Positions 8,672 to 17,837 of a DNA stretch of 64,000 nucleotides are shown one piece after another. The stretch is taken from contig CAWANP010000008.1 of the NCBI GenBank assembly GCA_963783445.1, positions 14,986 to 78,985 of the forward strand, read 5' to 3'. The position numbers and the translations under genes were made by a program. Every line of letters starts with the position of its first letter. Positions within the stretch are counted from its first letter, which is position 1. The notes beneath the pieces are model-generated. The model had not been told where the DNA came from and did no database searches. It worked only from the letters and a program-made list of their open reading frames with translations. This stretch comes from an uncultured Chloroflexia bacterium. Its GTDB lineage: Bacteria; Chloroflexota; Anaerolineae; JAAYZQ01.

Positions 8672-9889
8672 CTACCTGGCGCACTCCAATCTGATGGCAT
8701 CCAGGTTGACGTCTAGCTCTTTTCCTACCGTACCCCATTTCTTCCAGGCGCGGATGAAGATAGTGATTTTGCCCGACGGAGCCAAAAAAGTCGTGCTGTA
8801 GTTCTGCATGGCCCCTGGCGCCTCACGGGGGTACACCCCTTCCCACGGAAGGGTGACCCAGTTGTTCACGTGTTGCCAATTGGTGCTTCCGTTGGCAGTG
8901 TAACCCCACTGGACACGGTAGGCATCGTCATCGCGATCCTCGTCCTCAGCCAGCGCCCGCAACATACCGCTCATGGACAGCTTGTACTTTGCCCCGGGGA
9001 CCAGCCCGTGCACGGTCTGGAAGATACCGGCGTAGCGATCGGGATCTGAACCATCTCGGCAGAGCGTGGTCTTGCAGAAGCTGGCGATTTCGATCAACTG
9101 CGAGTGCTTTCCCTGAGCAACCACTGGCGCCCAGGTTTCATCGTAGAAACCATAGGTCACCTCGCCACCATTCTGGAAGGCGCCCCACTTGTTGCCCACA
9201 TCTCCGTTTGCTACTCGATGGAAGCCATTCTCAAAGCCGCCGTTCTGCAGGAAAGGCCTGTCTACACACTTGGCGTGAGGAATGTACTTGCAATGTCCCG
9301 CCGCATCGCATACGATGGTATACCCACCCGCAGGCGGCATGCTTGCAGCTGGCTTGCCTGCTGGCGGCTTGGCTGCTGGCGGCTTGCCTGCTGGCGGCTT
9401 GGGCGCCGGCTTCACGCACTTTGTCGGGACCTTGAGCTTCTGGCCAACATAGACTTTGTTGGCATTCTTGAGCCCATTGGCCTTGGTAATGGCCTTTATG
9501 GTGGTACCATACCGCTGAGCGATGATCTTTACGTATTCTCCGCGCTTTACGACAACGACTTTCGTGCAGGCATAGGTACTCCCACTTGACGAGGATGCTG
9601 GCTTGGCTGCAGCGCTACTCTTCTTGGGAATGCACAAGCGCTGACCACGATAGACCAAGTTTGCGTTTTTTATGTTGTTGGCGCGCACAATGGAAGACGC
9701 GCTGACTCCATACTTGCGAGCAATCTGGGTCAAGTTCTGACCGCGTGACACCTTGTGCCAGGTCTTGCAGGTAGCAGCAGAGGCGCTGCCAGACGCAGTT
9801 GCTGGCAGGACAAATACGGACAGCAGAGCGATGAGGACCAACACAGAAATCATACGGCTTTTCATCGGTTTAACTCCTTTCGGCACCAA
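8672..9889 (-). CDS. Secreted protein with two LysM domains, Lys/Pro/Ala linker and C-terminal CBM-like beta-sandwich
   Basis: Signal peptide; HKVSRGQNLTQIARKYGVS and VVKRGEYVKIIAQRYGTT LysM repeats; KPPAG repeats; NGGFE-initiated C-terminal domain. Confidence 0.85.
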   Translation of the reverse strand: MVPKGVKPMKSRMISVLVLIALLSVFVLPATASGSASAATCKTWHKVSRGQNLTQIARKYGVSASSIVRANNIKNANLVYRGQRLCIPKKSSAAAKPASSSSGSTYACTKVVVVKRGEYVKIIAQRYGTTIKAITKANGLKNANKVYVGQKLKVPTKCVKPAPKPPAGKPPAAKPPAGKPAASMPPAGGYTIVCDAAGHCKYIPHAKCVDRPFLQNGGFENGFHRVANGDVGNKWGAFQNGGEVTYGFYDETWAPVVAQGKHSQLIEIASFCKTTLCRDGSDPDRYAGIFQTVHGLVPGAKYKLSMSGMLRALAEDEDRDDDAYRVQWGYTANGSTNWQHVNNWVTLPWEGVYPREAPGAMQNYSTTFLAPSGKITIFIRAWKKWGTVGKELDVNLDAIRLECAR

Positions 9890-9922
9890 AAGGGCTTAGA
9901 AACTCAGATTCCGATTTACCAT

Positions 9923-9951
9923 ATTATACTGCAAAACTTTTTGTTTGTCAA
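9923..9951 (-). promoter_or_regulatory. Consensus sigma70 promoter for LysM gene
   Basis: Minus strand TTGACA-17bp-TATAAT. Confidence 0.75.
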
Positions 9952-10137
9952 GTCGCTCCCTGGGTGTTTCTCGTGTTGTTAATCTTTATCTACCGATTAC
10001 CTAGCTTCTAATCACATCACAACGGTTTTCAAAATTTTATTCTTGTATCAATCCGATATTAACGCAAATCAAGTGTTTCTTCATGTTAGTGGCGTCCAAC
10101 CAGAGAATTCTCGGATACAGAGAGGAAGAACATCAAA

Positions 10138-10170
10138 CGGCCGCCCCCTATTCGTCACAGGGGCGGCCGC
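10138..10170. terminator. GC-rich hairpin downstream of CBM48 gene
   Basis: CGGCCGCCCC...GGGGCGGCCG inverted repeat. Confidence 0.55.
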
Positions 10171-10238
10171 CGTATTCGTTGGGTACCGCAAGTGTCGCGG
10201 TGAGACCAGGCCGGGTCGAGGCCTGCGTCACGCAGCAA

Positions 10239-10565
10239 CTAGAGAGGAGTTGGCGCCTCTGCGTCACTCAGATCCACCACCGAGTCATACGATCCGTATG
10301 GATTCTCCTTGTGATCGTCGGCGTGCCAGTCGTTGAGCCACTCCTTGCCATCTACCAGATAGCGAAAGCGATACTGCTGTCCCTCACTCAACTGGACGGT
10401 CACCCGCCAATTGGCATCGGATCGGGTACGGGTCATGGGCGTGGCGGTGGTGTCCCAATCATTGAATTCACCTACCAGATTGACACGCTCGGCCCACATG
10501 GTCGAAGGCAACTCAAAAGTAACCGCTACAACCCCATCTTTGCCAACTGGCCCCTTGGTGATCAT
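10239..10565 (-). CDS. Stand-alone glycogen-binding / isoamylase early-set (CBM48-like) protein
   Basis: VTFEL...VNLVGEFNDW...YRFRYLVDG..W..D...D...NPYG pattern. Confidence 0.88.
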   Translation of the reverse strand: MITKGPVGKDGVVAVTFELPSTMWAERVNLVGEFNDWDTTATPMTRTRSDANWRVTVQLSEGQQYRFRYLVDGKEWLNDWHADDHKENPYGSYDSVVDLSDAEAPTPL

Positions 10566-10600
10566 GGCTTTCCCTCTGTCTGCGTAGTAGGCTGAGAGCC

Positions 10601-10629
10601 ATTATAGCGCAATTGACAGAATGTGTCAA
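10601..10629 (-). promoter_or_regulatory. Consensus sigma70 promoter for CBM48 gene
   Basis: Minus strand TTGACA-17bp-TATAAT. Confidence 0.75.
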
Positions 10630-10638
10630 TTCGGGGGA

Positions 10639-10667
10639 TTGACCCCTAGGAGAATCGGATGTACAAT
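10639..10667 (+). promoter_or_regulatory. sigma70 promoter for tsaC
   Basis: TTGACC-17bp-TACAAT. Confidence 0.65.
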
Positions 10668-10729
10668 AGTCAGGATATCAGATTAGCAAAGCCAGGTATG
10701 ACTCGCTATGCTTGCGCGGAGAGACACTC

Positions 10730-11404
10730 ATGGTCGAGACCCACAGGATCTCAGTACAGAAGCCTGGTGCCCTGGAACAGGCTGCAGAACGACTGTGCCA
10801 AGGGGATCTGGTTGCCTTTCCTACGGACACCGTCTATGGTGTCGGGACCCACGGATTCCTGGAGCATGCGGTTGCACGCCTGTACAGCGTAAAGCGACGA
10901 CCAGCGCAGCTGCCAATCCCTCTCTTGCTGTCAGAAGCAGGTGATATGGATACTGTCTGTACGGGAATACCTCCAGTAGCATGGCAGCTCGCTGAGCATT
11001 TTTGGCCAGGCGGCCTCAGCCTGGTACTGTACCGGGCGAGCGCTGTACCTGATGCCGTGACTGCTGGGGGCCCAACGGTGGCTGTACGCGTGCCCGGCCA
11101 TCCTTTTGTCCAAGCGCTCTGCTGCCAAGTGGGCGCCCCCCTGGCAGCCACGAGCGCCAATCTGCACGGCCAGCCGCCCCCCATCACTGCCGACGAAGTG
11201 CAGGTCATGCTAGGGGGGCGCATCCCTCTCCTGCTCGATGGCGGGGCCTGCTCGGGTGGTATGGCATCCACCGTGCTGGACCTGACCGTGTGGCCACCGG
11301 CAATCTTGCGAGCTGGTCCGGTGGAGGCAGATCAGTTGGCCAGCCTCGTGCCTTTGGCGCTCACCAAACCATCCGGTTTGGCCAAGGAGGCGCCACAACT
11401 CTGA
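10730..11404 (+). CDS. tsaC: L-threonylcarbamoyladenylate synthase (TsaC/YrdC/Sua5 N-domain)
   Basis: VAFPTDTVYG, KRRP, FWPGGLSLV, TSANLHG, STVLD motifs. Confidence 0.93.
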   Translation: MVETHRISVQKPGALEQAAERLCQGDLVAFPTDTVYGVGTHGFLEHAVARLYSVKRRPAQLPIPLLLSEAGDMDTVCTGIPPVAWQLAEHFWPGGLSLVLYRASAVPDAVTAGGPTVAVRVPGHPFVQALCCQVGAPLAATSANLHGQPPPITADEVQVMLGGRIPLLLDGGACSGGMASTVLDLTVWPPAILRAGPVEADQLASLVPLALTKPSGLAKEAPQL

Positions 11405-11433
11405 TTGACGCTCCCTCCAGATCGTGCTATAAT
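11405..11433 (+). promoter_or_regulatory. sigma70 promoter for glycosyltransferase operon
   Basis: TTGACG-17bp-TATAAT with extended -10 TG. Confidence 0.72.
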
Positions 11434-11524
11434 GCCCCCGCGCGATGCAATACACGCCCAACAGAGGGATTACTCGCCCAGGAGGCAAAACGTGTCATGT
11501 CACGGGCTCGGTGCGCAGAACTAG

Positions 11525-12667
11525 ATGCTCATCGGCATTGATGCCAGCCGATCGACGGCTGGGCAGCGCACAGGTACTGAGAACTATTCCCTTTACCTGA
11601 TCAGGGAACTTCTTGCCTCGACGAAAGGGCATCGATTCAGGCTCTATTTCAATCAGGCGCCGCCCCCTGGTCTATTTCCGGACAAAACAGAGTACAGGGT
11701 AATCCCTTTCACCCGGTTATGGACCCACCTACGTCTCTCATGGGAGATGTTCAGGCATGCACCGGATCTACTCTTTGTCCCATCGCACGTACTGCCGCTC
11801 GTCCATCCCCAGTGCAGTGTCGTCACAGTCCACGACCTGGGATATCTCTACTATCCGGAGGCGCACACCCTATCCCAGAACGCCTACCTGCGTTGGTCTA
11901 CACGCTTCAATGCCCGCTCTGCCGCCGCTGTGCTGGCTGACTCGGAAGCTACGCGCCAAGATCTTGTGCGTCATTACCAAATCCCTAAGGAAAAGATCAG
12001 CGTCGTCTATCCCGGTCGGGACGAGACTTTGCTTCGCATCTGCGATCCGGCTGCCCTTGCCGGCGTTCGCGCTCGCTACGGCCTGAACGAAGCGTACCTC
12101 CTTTACGTTGGCACCCTTCACCCACGCAAGAACCTGGTCCGCCTCGTCCAGGCATTCAGCCTCCTTGTCCAATCCCCGGCCTCCAATGCTCAGTCGCTGA
12201 TCCCCAATCTCCAATTGGTTCTGGCCGGGCAGAAGGGCTGGCTCTACGACGAGGTATTTGCCCTGGTCCGGAAACTGGGCCTGAGGGATCGGGTGCATCT
12301 GACCGGCTACGTACCCGAGGCTGACCTCGCTGCCCTGCTGAGCGGGGCACGGGCCTTTGTCTATCCCTCTCTATACGAGGGCTTTGGCTTCCCGGTCCTG
12401 GAATCGATGGCCTGCGGCACGCCAGTCATCTGCTCCAATGTCTCGTCCCTGCCCGAGGTGGCCGGGGATGCCGCGATCCAGGTGGATCCTCTGGATGTGG
12501 AGGCATTGGCCCAAGCACTGTACCACGTCATATCAGACGATGGGCTTTGTCGCGAACTGGTGGAGCGCGGCTACCGGCAAGTCCAGCGCTTCTCCTGGCA
12601 GCGCTGCACCCGGGAGACGATGCAGGTGTTCGAGGAAGCGGCCAGAACCAGTGGAGACAGGGCATGA
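11525..12667 (+). CDS. Glycosyltransferase family 4 (GT-B)
   Basis: VTVHDL, YVGTLHPRKN, YPSLYEGFGFPVLESMACGTPV motifs. Confidence 0.92.
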   Translation: MLIGIDASRSTAGQRTGTENYSLYLIRELLASTKGHRFRLYFNQAPPPGLFPDKTEYRVIPFTRLWTHLRLSWEMFRHAPDLLFVPSHVLPLVHPQCSVVTVHDLGYLYYPEAHTLSQNAYLRWSTRFNARSAAAVLADSEATRQDLVRHYQIPKEKISVVYPGRDETLLRICDPAALAGVRARYGLNEAYLLYVGTLHPRKNLVRLVQAFSLLVQSPASNAQSLIPNLQLVLAGQKGWLYDEVFALVRKLGLRDRVHLTGYVPEADLAALLSGARAFVYPSLYEGFGFPVLESMACGTPVICSNVSSLPEVAGDAAIQVDPLDVEALAQALYHVISDDGLCRELVERGYRQVQRFSWQRCTRETMQVFEEAARTSGDRA

Positions 12668-13455
12668 ACAGGGTTGAGATCCTGGGCGTGGGCGTGGACA
12701 ATGCAGGCTACACCGAGCTTTTGGACCACGTGGACGCCTATATCGCCAGCGGCCAGCCCCATCAGATCGTCACGCTCAACACAGAGATGCTGGTCGCGAC
12801 CCACAGCGACCCGGCATTCCGCCAGATACTGAATAGGGCCGACCTGGTCGTGGCCGACGCCGTGGGATTGGTTCTGGCCGCCCGCTTGCTCGGCCATTCC
12901 CTGGGGGAGCGGGTGACCGGCTCCGACGGCATCCACCGGCTTTCGGCCCACTGCGCCCGGTGGGGTTACCGGCCATTTTTCCTGGGGGCTGCGCCAGGTG
13001 TTGCCGAGGTCGTCGCCGAACGGCTGGCGGCGGCCAATCCAGGCTTGGAGGTGGCCGGCACCTTTGCTGGCACCCCGCGCGGCGAGGACGAAGACGAGGT
13101 CATTGCTCAGGTACGCGCCACGGCGCCGGATCTGCTCTTCGTAGCCTATGGCGTCCCGGCTGAGGAAAAGTGGATTGCCCGCAACCAGGATCGCTTGGGC
13201 GTGCCGGTCATGATCGGAGTGGGTGGCAGCTTTGATTTTGTAGCTGGCGTCACCAAAAGAGCGCCCGCTTGGATGCGCCGGCTAGGTATGGAATGGCTCT
13301 ACCGCTTGATCCGCGAGCCATGGCGCTGGCGGCGCCAGTTGGCGCTACCCCGCTTCCTGACATTGGTACTCAGACAGCGGTGGATGCAGCTACGGGGAAC
13401 CGAATTGAATTCCGGCAATCAAAATAACTCGAGTTCTTTGGAGGAACAGGAATGA
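12664..13455 (+). CDS. WecB/TagA/CpsF family glycosyltransferase (GT26)
   Basis: TLNTEM, ERVTGSD, VAYGVPAEEKWI, GVGGSFDF, RAPAWM...EWLYRL motifs. Confidence 0.92.
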   Translation: MNRVEILGVGVDNAGYTELLDHVDAYIASGQPHQIVTLNTEMLVATHSDPAFRQILNRADLVVADAVGLVLAARLLGHSLGERVTGSDGIHRLSAHCARWGYRPFFLGAAPGVAEVVAERLAAANPGLEVAGTFAGTPRGEDEDEVIAQVRATAPDLLFVAYGVPAEEKWIARNQDRLGVPVMIGVGGSFDFVAGVTKRAPAWMRRLGMEWLYRLIREPWRWRRQLALPRFLTLVLRQRWMQLRGTELNSGNQNNSSSLEEQE

Positions 13456-14633
13456 AGGCAAGCGAAATCTGGAAGCTAGCAGAAGCGAATCGCCAGGGCC
13501 TGGTGTCCTTTGCTCAGAAACTGATCCAAACACCAAGCCTATCTGGCCAGGAAGGCGACTTGGCTGCGCTGGTAGAGGCCGAAATGAGGCTCCTGGACTA
13601 CGATAAGGTCTGGGTGGACGAGGCAGGCAATGTCATCGGCCGTATCCCTGGCAGCGGGGGACCGTCGTTGATGTTCAACGCGCACATGGACCAAGTGGAT
13701 GCTGGCGACCCGACCCGCTGGCCCCATCCACCATTCGGTGGCGAGATCTATGACGGCGAGCTGTGGGGCCGGGGCGCGGCTGATATGCAGGGCGCCCTGG
13801 CGGCGATGGTCTATGCCGGGGGTCTGATCAAACAACTGGGGGCCAGCCCACCGGGTGACGTATACGTGAGCGCGGTCGTCCAGGAAGAGGTGGGCGGTCT
13901 GGGAGCACGGCATCTGGCCCGAACCCTGCCCGTGGACAGGGCTATCGTCGGAGAGGCGAGCGGCAACCACCTGCGCCGCGGGCACCGGGGCAGGATAGAG
14001 CTGCTGGCCCACTTTGAGGGACGGTCGGTTCACGCCTCCATGCCAGACCTGGGCATCAATCCGCACTTTTCGATGATGCACTTTGTGGAGAAACTGCGAT
14101 CCCTGCACATGGCCTCGGACCCGGTCTATGGCGCCTCAACGGTGGCTCCAACACGCGTAGTTAGTGAACCAGGAAGCGCCAACGTGACCCCTGGTGAGAT
14201 CCGCCTTGTGCTTGACTGGCGTAACATCCCCGGTGAAGGGCCAGCGGAAATCCTGGGCAAATTGGAGGCTCCGCTCGCTCGCAGCCTGGAGTCCGGCTGC
14301 CAGGGTCGGGTCGAGGTCACCACCAAGGAATTAACCACCTACACCGGCTTTCAGATGACCTTTCCCGACACCTTTCCCTCTTTTACTACAGATGCCGACC
14401 ATCCCTGGTTGGCCGCGGCGCAAGAGACATTGACGACGGCACTAGGTCGTGAAATAGAGGTGGACGTCTGGCGCTTTGCCACCGACGGCGGCCACTTTGC
14501 TGCCGCAGGTACCACCGTTCTCGGGTTTGGCCCCGGGGTCGATACGGTGGTCCACACGGTAGAAGAGCGGATATCTCTGGACCAACTCGTGGAGAACGCG
14601 GTAGGCTGTGTGGCTTTGGCCATGGCAGGCTGA
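13452..14633 (+). CDS. M20-family metallohydrolase (DapE/ArgE/YgeY-like)
   Basis: NAHMDQV, WGRGAADMQG, QEEVGG, VGEAS, HASMP, TDGG, HTVEE motifs. Confidence 0.88.
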   Translation: MKASEIWKLAEANRQGLVSFAQKLIQTPSLSGQEGDLAALVEAEMRLLDYDKVWVDEAGNVIGRIPGSGGPSLMFNAHMDQVDAGDPTRWPHPPFGGEIYDGELWGRGAADMQGALAAMVYAGGLIKQLGASPPGDVYVSAVVQEEVGGLGARHLARTLPVDRAIVGEASGNHLRRGHRGRIELLAHFEGRSVHASMPDLGINPHFSMMHFVEKLRSLHMASDPVYGASTVAPTRVVSEPGSANVTPGEIRLVLDWRNIPGEGPAEILGKLEAPLARSLESGCQGRVEVTTKELTTYTGFQMTFPDTFPSFTTDADHPWLAAAQETLTTALGREIEVDVWRFATDGGHFAAAGTTVLGFGPGVDTVVHTVEERISLDQLVENAVGCVALAMAG

Positions 14634-14649
14634 GAGTGGAATGCTGCCA

Positions 14650-14724
14650 CCTATCAGCAATCAGCCCCTGAGATGCGGCAAATGGAAGCTGATGGCTGAT
14701 AGCTGGCAGATAGCCGCTGATAGC
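14650..14724. repeat. Degenerate short tandem repeats (GCTGATA/TATCAGC heptamer type) in inverted arrangement
   Basis: CTATCAGCAATCAGC ... GCTGATGGCTGATAGCTGGCAGATAGCCGCTGATAGC. Confidence 0.55.
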
Positions 14725-14743
14725 AGATTCTTGGAGGAGAGAC

Positions 14744-15517
14744 GTGACAACAGAGTACGACATGTTTGCCGATGTGTATGACTTGCAGTATGGAACCACC
14801 ACGATGGACCTGGACTTCTATCTCGAGGAGGCCAGGGCTGCGCAGCCGCCGGTGCTGGAACTGGCCTGTGGTACCGGCCGGGTCACGCTGCCCATTGCCC
14901 AGGCTGGAGTGCCGATTGTTGGGGTAGACAGCTCGGTGCGGATGCTGGATAAGGGCCAGGCAAAGGCCAGGGAGTTGGGTGATCTGCCGGTACGCTGGCT
15001 GCAAGCCGACATGCGCAGCTTTTGCCTGGAGGAACGTTTTGGCCTGGCCATTATCCCCGCCCGGTCGTTCCTTCACCTACTCAACCCCGACGATCAGATC
15101 CAGGTCCTCACGAACATCGGCGAGCATCTGGCTCCTGGTGGCCGGCTGGCTCTGAATCTGTTCATCCCCGACCTGAGAAGGATAGCCGAGCACACGACCA
15201 CGACCCAACAAGGGCTCAGCTACTTGCAGGAGATCAGCGATGCGACCCGCGGTACCCGCGTGGCCGTCTGGGCGAGCCACCGCTACGAGATCCACCAACA
15301 GCGCATCCGCGTGCAATACCGCTACGAAGAACTGGATGGCGAAGGCTTGGTGACGAGCACGCGCTACCGCAGTTTCACCCTATGCTACATTTGGCCGCGG
15401 GAGATGGAACACCTGCTGGCCCGCTGCGGCTTTGAGGTTGAGGCGGTCTATGGCTGGTTCGACCGGCGCCCTCTGGATGAACACAGCGGCGAGCAAGTTT
15501 GGGTCGCAAGGCGGTGA
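14744..15517 (+). CDS. Class I SAM-dependent methyltransferase
   Basis: VLELACGTGR, GVDSS, ADMRSF, LAPGGRL motifs; GGAGGA RBS before GTG. Confidence 0.9.
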   Translation: MTTEYDMFADVYDLQYGTTTMDLDFYLEEARAAQPPVLELACGTGRVTLPIAQAGVPIVGVDSSVRMLDKGQAKARELGDLPVRWLQADMRSFCLEERFGLAIIPARSFLHLLNPDDQIQVLTNIGEHLAPGGRLALNLFIPDLRRIAEHTTTTQQGLSYLQEISDATRGTRVAVWASHRYEIHQQRIRVQYRYEELDGEGLVTSTRYRSFTLCYIWPREMEHLLARCGFEVEAVYGWFDRRPLDEHSGEQVWVARR

Positions 15518-15518
15518 C

Positions 15519-16442
15519 ATGGGAAAACATCTCAAAGTTATCATTGATTTCGATGGCACACTGACCGCTGAGGAGACACAGGTCGCGGAATTGGCCGCGA
15601 GGTCGCTGGATACGCTGGCACAAGAGATCATCCGGGTATCACGGCAGACCTTGGCTGACGATTATCAAGAGACACAGGAACGGCTACTGAGAGAGCCGCA
15701 CCGCTACTTCTGGGAAGTCCATGGGTTGGTAGCCTCCTACTGTGACGAAGGCGCCTTTATCCTCAATACGACGACGCTACAAACTATGCTACGCGAAAAC
15801 CCGGTCTATGCCAAGGCCATCGCCGCCGCCTACCCACAGGCCGAATACGACCCTGTCGTTGACTGTACCAACCATCTCTTTCATCATCACACGGCGGAAT
15901 TGCTGCCTCAATTTCGCCCGGCGGCTCGCGACGTATTGATCGGGCTGGCCGAACACCCCGGCCGTACGCCCATCATCCTCACCAATTCGCTGGGCGACAA
16001 GGTGCACAAGCAACTGAAGACGATTGGACTCGCGGAGGAAGTAGCGGTACTGGGTGATACCCGCCAGTACGAAATGGCCCCCGGGTGGCCGCATCGCTTC
16101 CGTCATCCAGAACTGGGCGAGATCCAGGTCTGGCCCGTGGACGAGCTGCATGCCGTGGACCTGCGCCGTCCGGCCTACTATCAGGCTCTGGTCCAAGCAG
16201 CGGCTGACGACGGCTCCGGCCGGCTGCATTTGGCGGTGGTCGCCGACACCTTTTCCCTGCCGGGGGCGATGCCACTGATGCTGGGCATCCCCTTCTTCCT
16301 ACTACGCACACCCTACACCCCAGCCTGGTGCGCTCGTGTCGTAGCGCAGCATCCCCTGGGTCATGTCCTGGACGACCTGGCCGAATTGCCTACGGAGCTG
16401 GACCGGTTCTCGCCGCCGGTCCTTGGTTCAGACCTACCTTAG
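15519..16442 (+). CDS. Hypothetical protein, HAD-superfamily-like
   Basis: N-terminal IIDFDGTLT (HAD motif I), ILTNS (motif II-like); motif IV degenerate. Confidence 0.6.
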   Translation: MGKHLKVIIDFDGTLTAEETQVAELAARSLDTLAQEIIRVSRQTLADDYQETQERLLREPHRYFWEVHGLVASYCDEGAFILNTTTLQTMLRENPVYAKAIAAAYPQAEYDPVVDCTNHLFHHHTAELLPQFRPAARDVLIGLAEHPGRTPIILTNSLGDKVHKQLKTIGLAEEVAVLGDTRQYEMAPGWPHRFRHPELGEIQVWPVDELHAVDLRRPAYYQALVQAAADDGSGRLHLAVVADTFSLPGAMPLMLGIPFFLLRTPYTPAWCARVVAQHPLGHVLDDLAELPTELDRFSPPVLGSDLP

Positions 16443-16640
16443 CTAACCATTCTCAGTAGCCCACAACAAGGGTTTGTCGTGGGCGCTTCTGAGTACGAAG
16501 CGCTCACGTGTGTATTGATGCATGGCCCACATTGCTTGGGTTCCGCAAGGACCTGTGGTACAATCCCCTGCACCTCGGTCCCGAGGGCAGATGTGGCAGA
16601 TAGCTAGCGCCCTTGCGGGTAGGTATCTAGGAGATAGAGA

Positions 16641-17657
16641 TTGTACTGTATCCAGTGTGGTGCCAAGCTGACAGAGAAGCAACTCGATGGCCGGCTGCGA
16701 CCGGTCTGTCCGGCGTGCGGCCATGTCGCTTACCAACAGCTCAAGGTCGGCGCCGGCGTACTGGTGGAACAGGAGGGAGCGTTGCTCCTGGTACAACGCT
16801 CGCCGGAGAACAAGGCATTCCCCGGAGCCTGGAACCTGCCCGCTGGCTACTGTGAGGCCGATGAGCCTCCGCTCATCGCCGCTGCTCACGAGGCTGCTGA
16901 GGAAAGCGGCCTCCAGGTTCAGGTAGGCCGCCTGGTCGACGTCTACTACTTTGATGATGACCCGCGGGGCAACGGCCTGCTAGTGGTCTATGAAGCCAAA
17001 GTCGCAGGCGGCGAGCTGCGCAAAGAAGGCACGGGTCCAGAGGTCTCTGCTGCTGGTTTCTACCCACCCGAGCGGTTGCCGGCGCCCTTGTGTGGCGGCG
17101 GACACGCACGGGCCATCCGTGCCTGGCAAAGCCGGATCCTTGACCGCTGGCAGCCGGGAGCGCCTCTGCGCTTCTGCCCCCATTGTGCTCATCCATTGGA
17201 GAAACACGTGGCTTTTGGCCGGCAGCGGCCTGCGTGCCCGGGTTGTGGCTTTGTCCATTTTCGCGATCCGAAAGTCGGGGTCTCGGTGTTGGTAGAACGC
17301 AGCGGGCAGGTAGTGCTTGTGCGGCGGGCCATCGAGCCAGGCTTGGGCCAATGGTGTCTGCCCGCCGGCTTTGTAGAATGGGACGAGGCGCCCGAGGCCG
17401 CGGCCGCCCGGGAGTGCGCAGAAGAAACAGGCTTGATCGTCGCCAACCTCGAGCTGTTGGAGGCAACCCACTACACGCAAGACTTCCGCGGACCAGGGAT
17501 CAACCTGATCTATAAGGCGCAGGTAGCAGACGGAACCCTGAATCCCGGTGATGACGCAGCCGCTGCCCGCTGGTTTTCACCTGCTGAACTTCCTCCCCAG
17601 GGGATGATCGCTTTCCACAGCCATTATGTCATTTTAGAACGCTGGCGCCAGGGGTAA
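16641..17657 (+). CDS. Tandem (zinc-ribbon + NUDIX) x2 hydrolase
   Basis: Two CxxC..CxxC modules, each followed by a Nudix box (PAGYCEADE...EAAEESG; PAGFVEWDE...RECAEETG). Confidence 0.88.
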   Translation: MYCIQCGAKLTEKQLDGRLRPVCPACGHVAYQQLKVGAGVLVEQEGALLLVQRSPENKAFPGAWNLPAGYCEADEPPLIAAAHEAAEESGLQVQVGRLVDVYYFDDDPRGNGLLVVYEAKVAGGELRKEGTGPEVSAAGFYPPERLPAPLCGGGHARAIRAWQSRILDRWQPGAPLRFCPHCAHPLEKHVAFGRQRPACPGCGFVHFRDPKVGVSVLVERSGQVVLVRRAIEPGLGQWCLPAGFVEWDEAPEAAAARECAEETGLIVANLELLEATHYTQDFRGPGINLIYKAQVADGTLNPGDDAAAARWFSPAELPPQGMIAFHSHYVILERWRQG

Positions 17658-17745
17658 GCGGACCCAAGCCCCTCTGGGGAAGGCGATGCTCCCGTCCAGC
17701 TACGCCCCGGCCTCAACATGGGCGGCGTATGGCCCGGGGCGGCCT

Positions 17746-17774
17746 TTGACGGGGCACAGTGCCTATGATAGAAT
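17746..17774 (+). promoter_or_regulatory. sigma70 promoter for GH13 gene
   Basis: TTGACG-17bp-TAGAAT. Confidence 0.65.
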
Positions 17775-17837
17775 GGCGCCCGGCCAACACCAGGGCTAGA
17801 GCAGAATCACCGATATAGAGAAGGAAGGAACAAGGCG

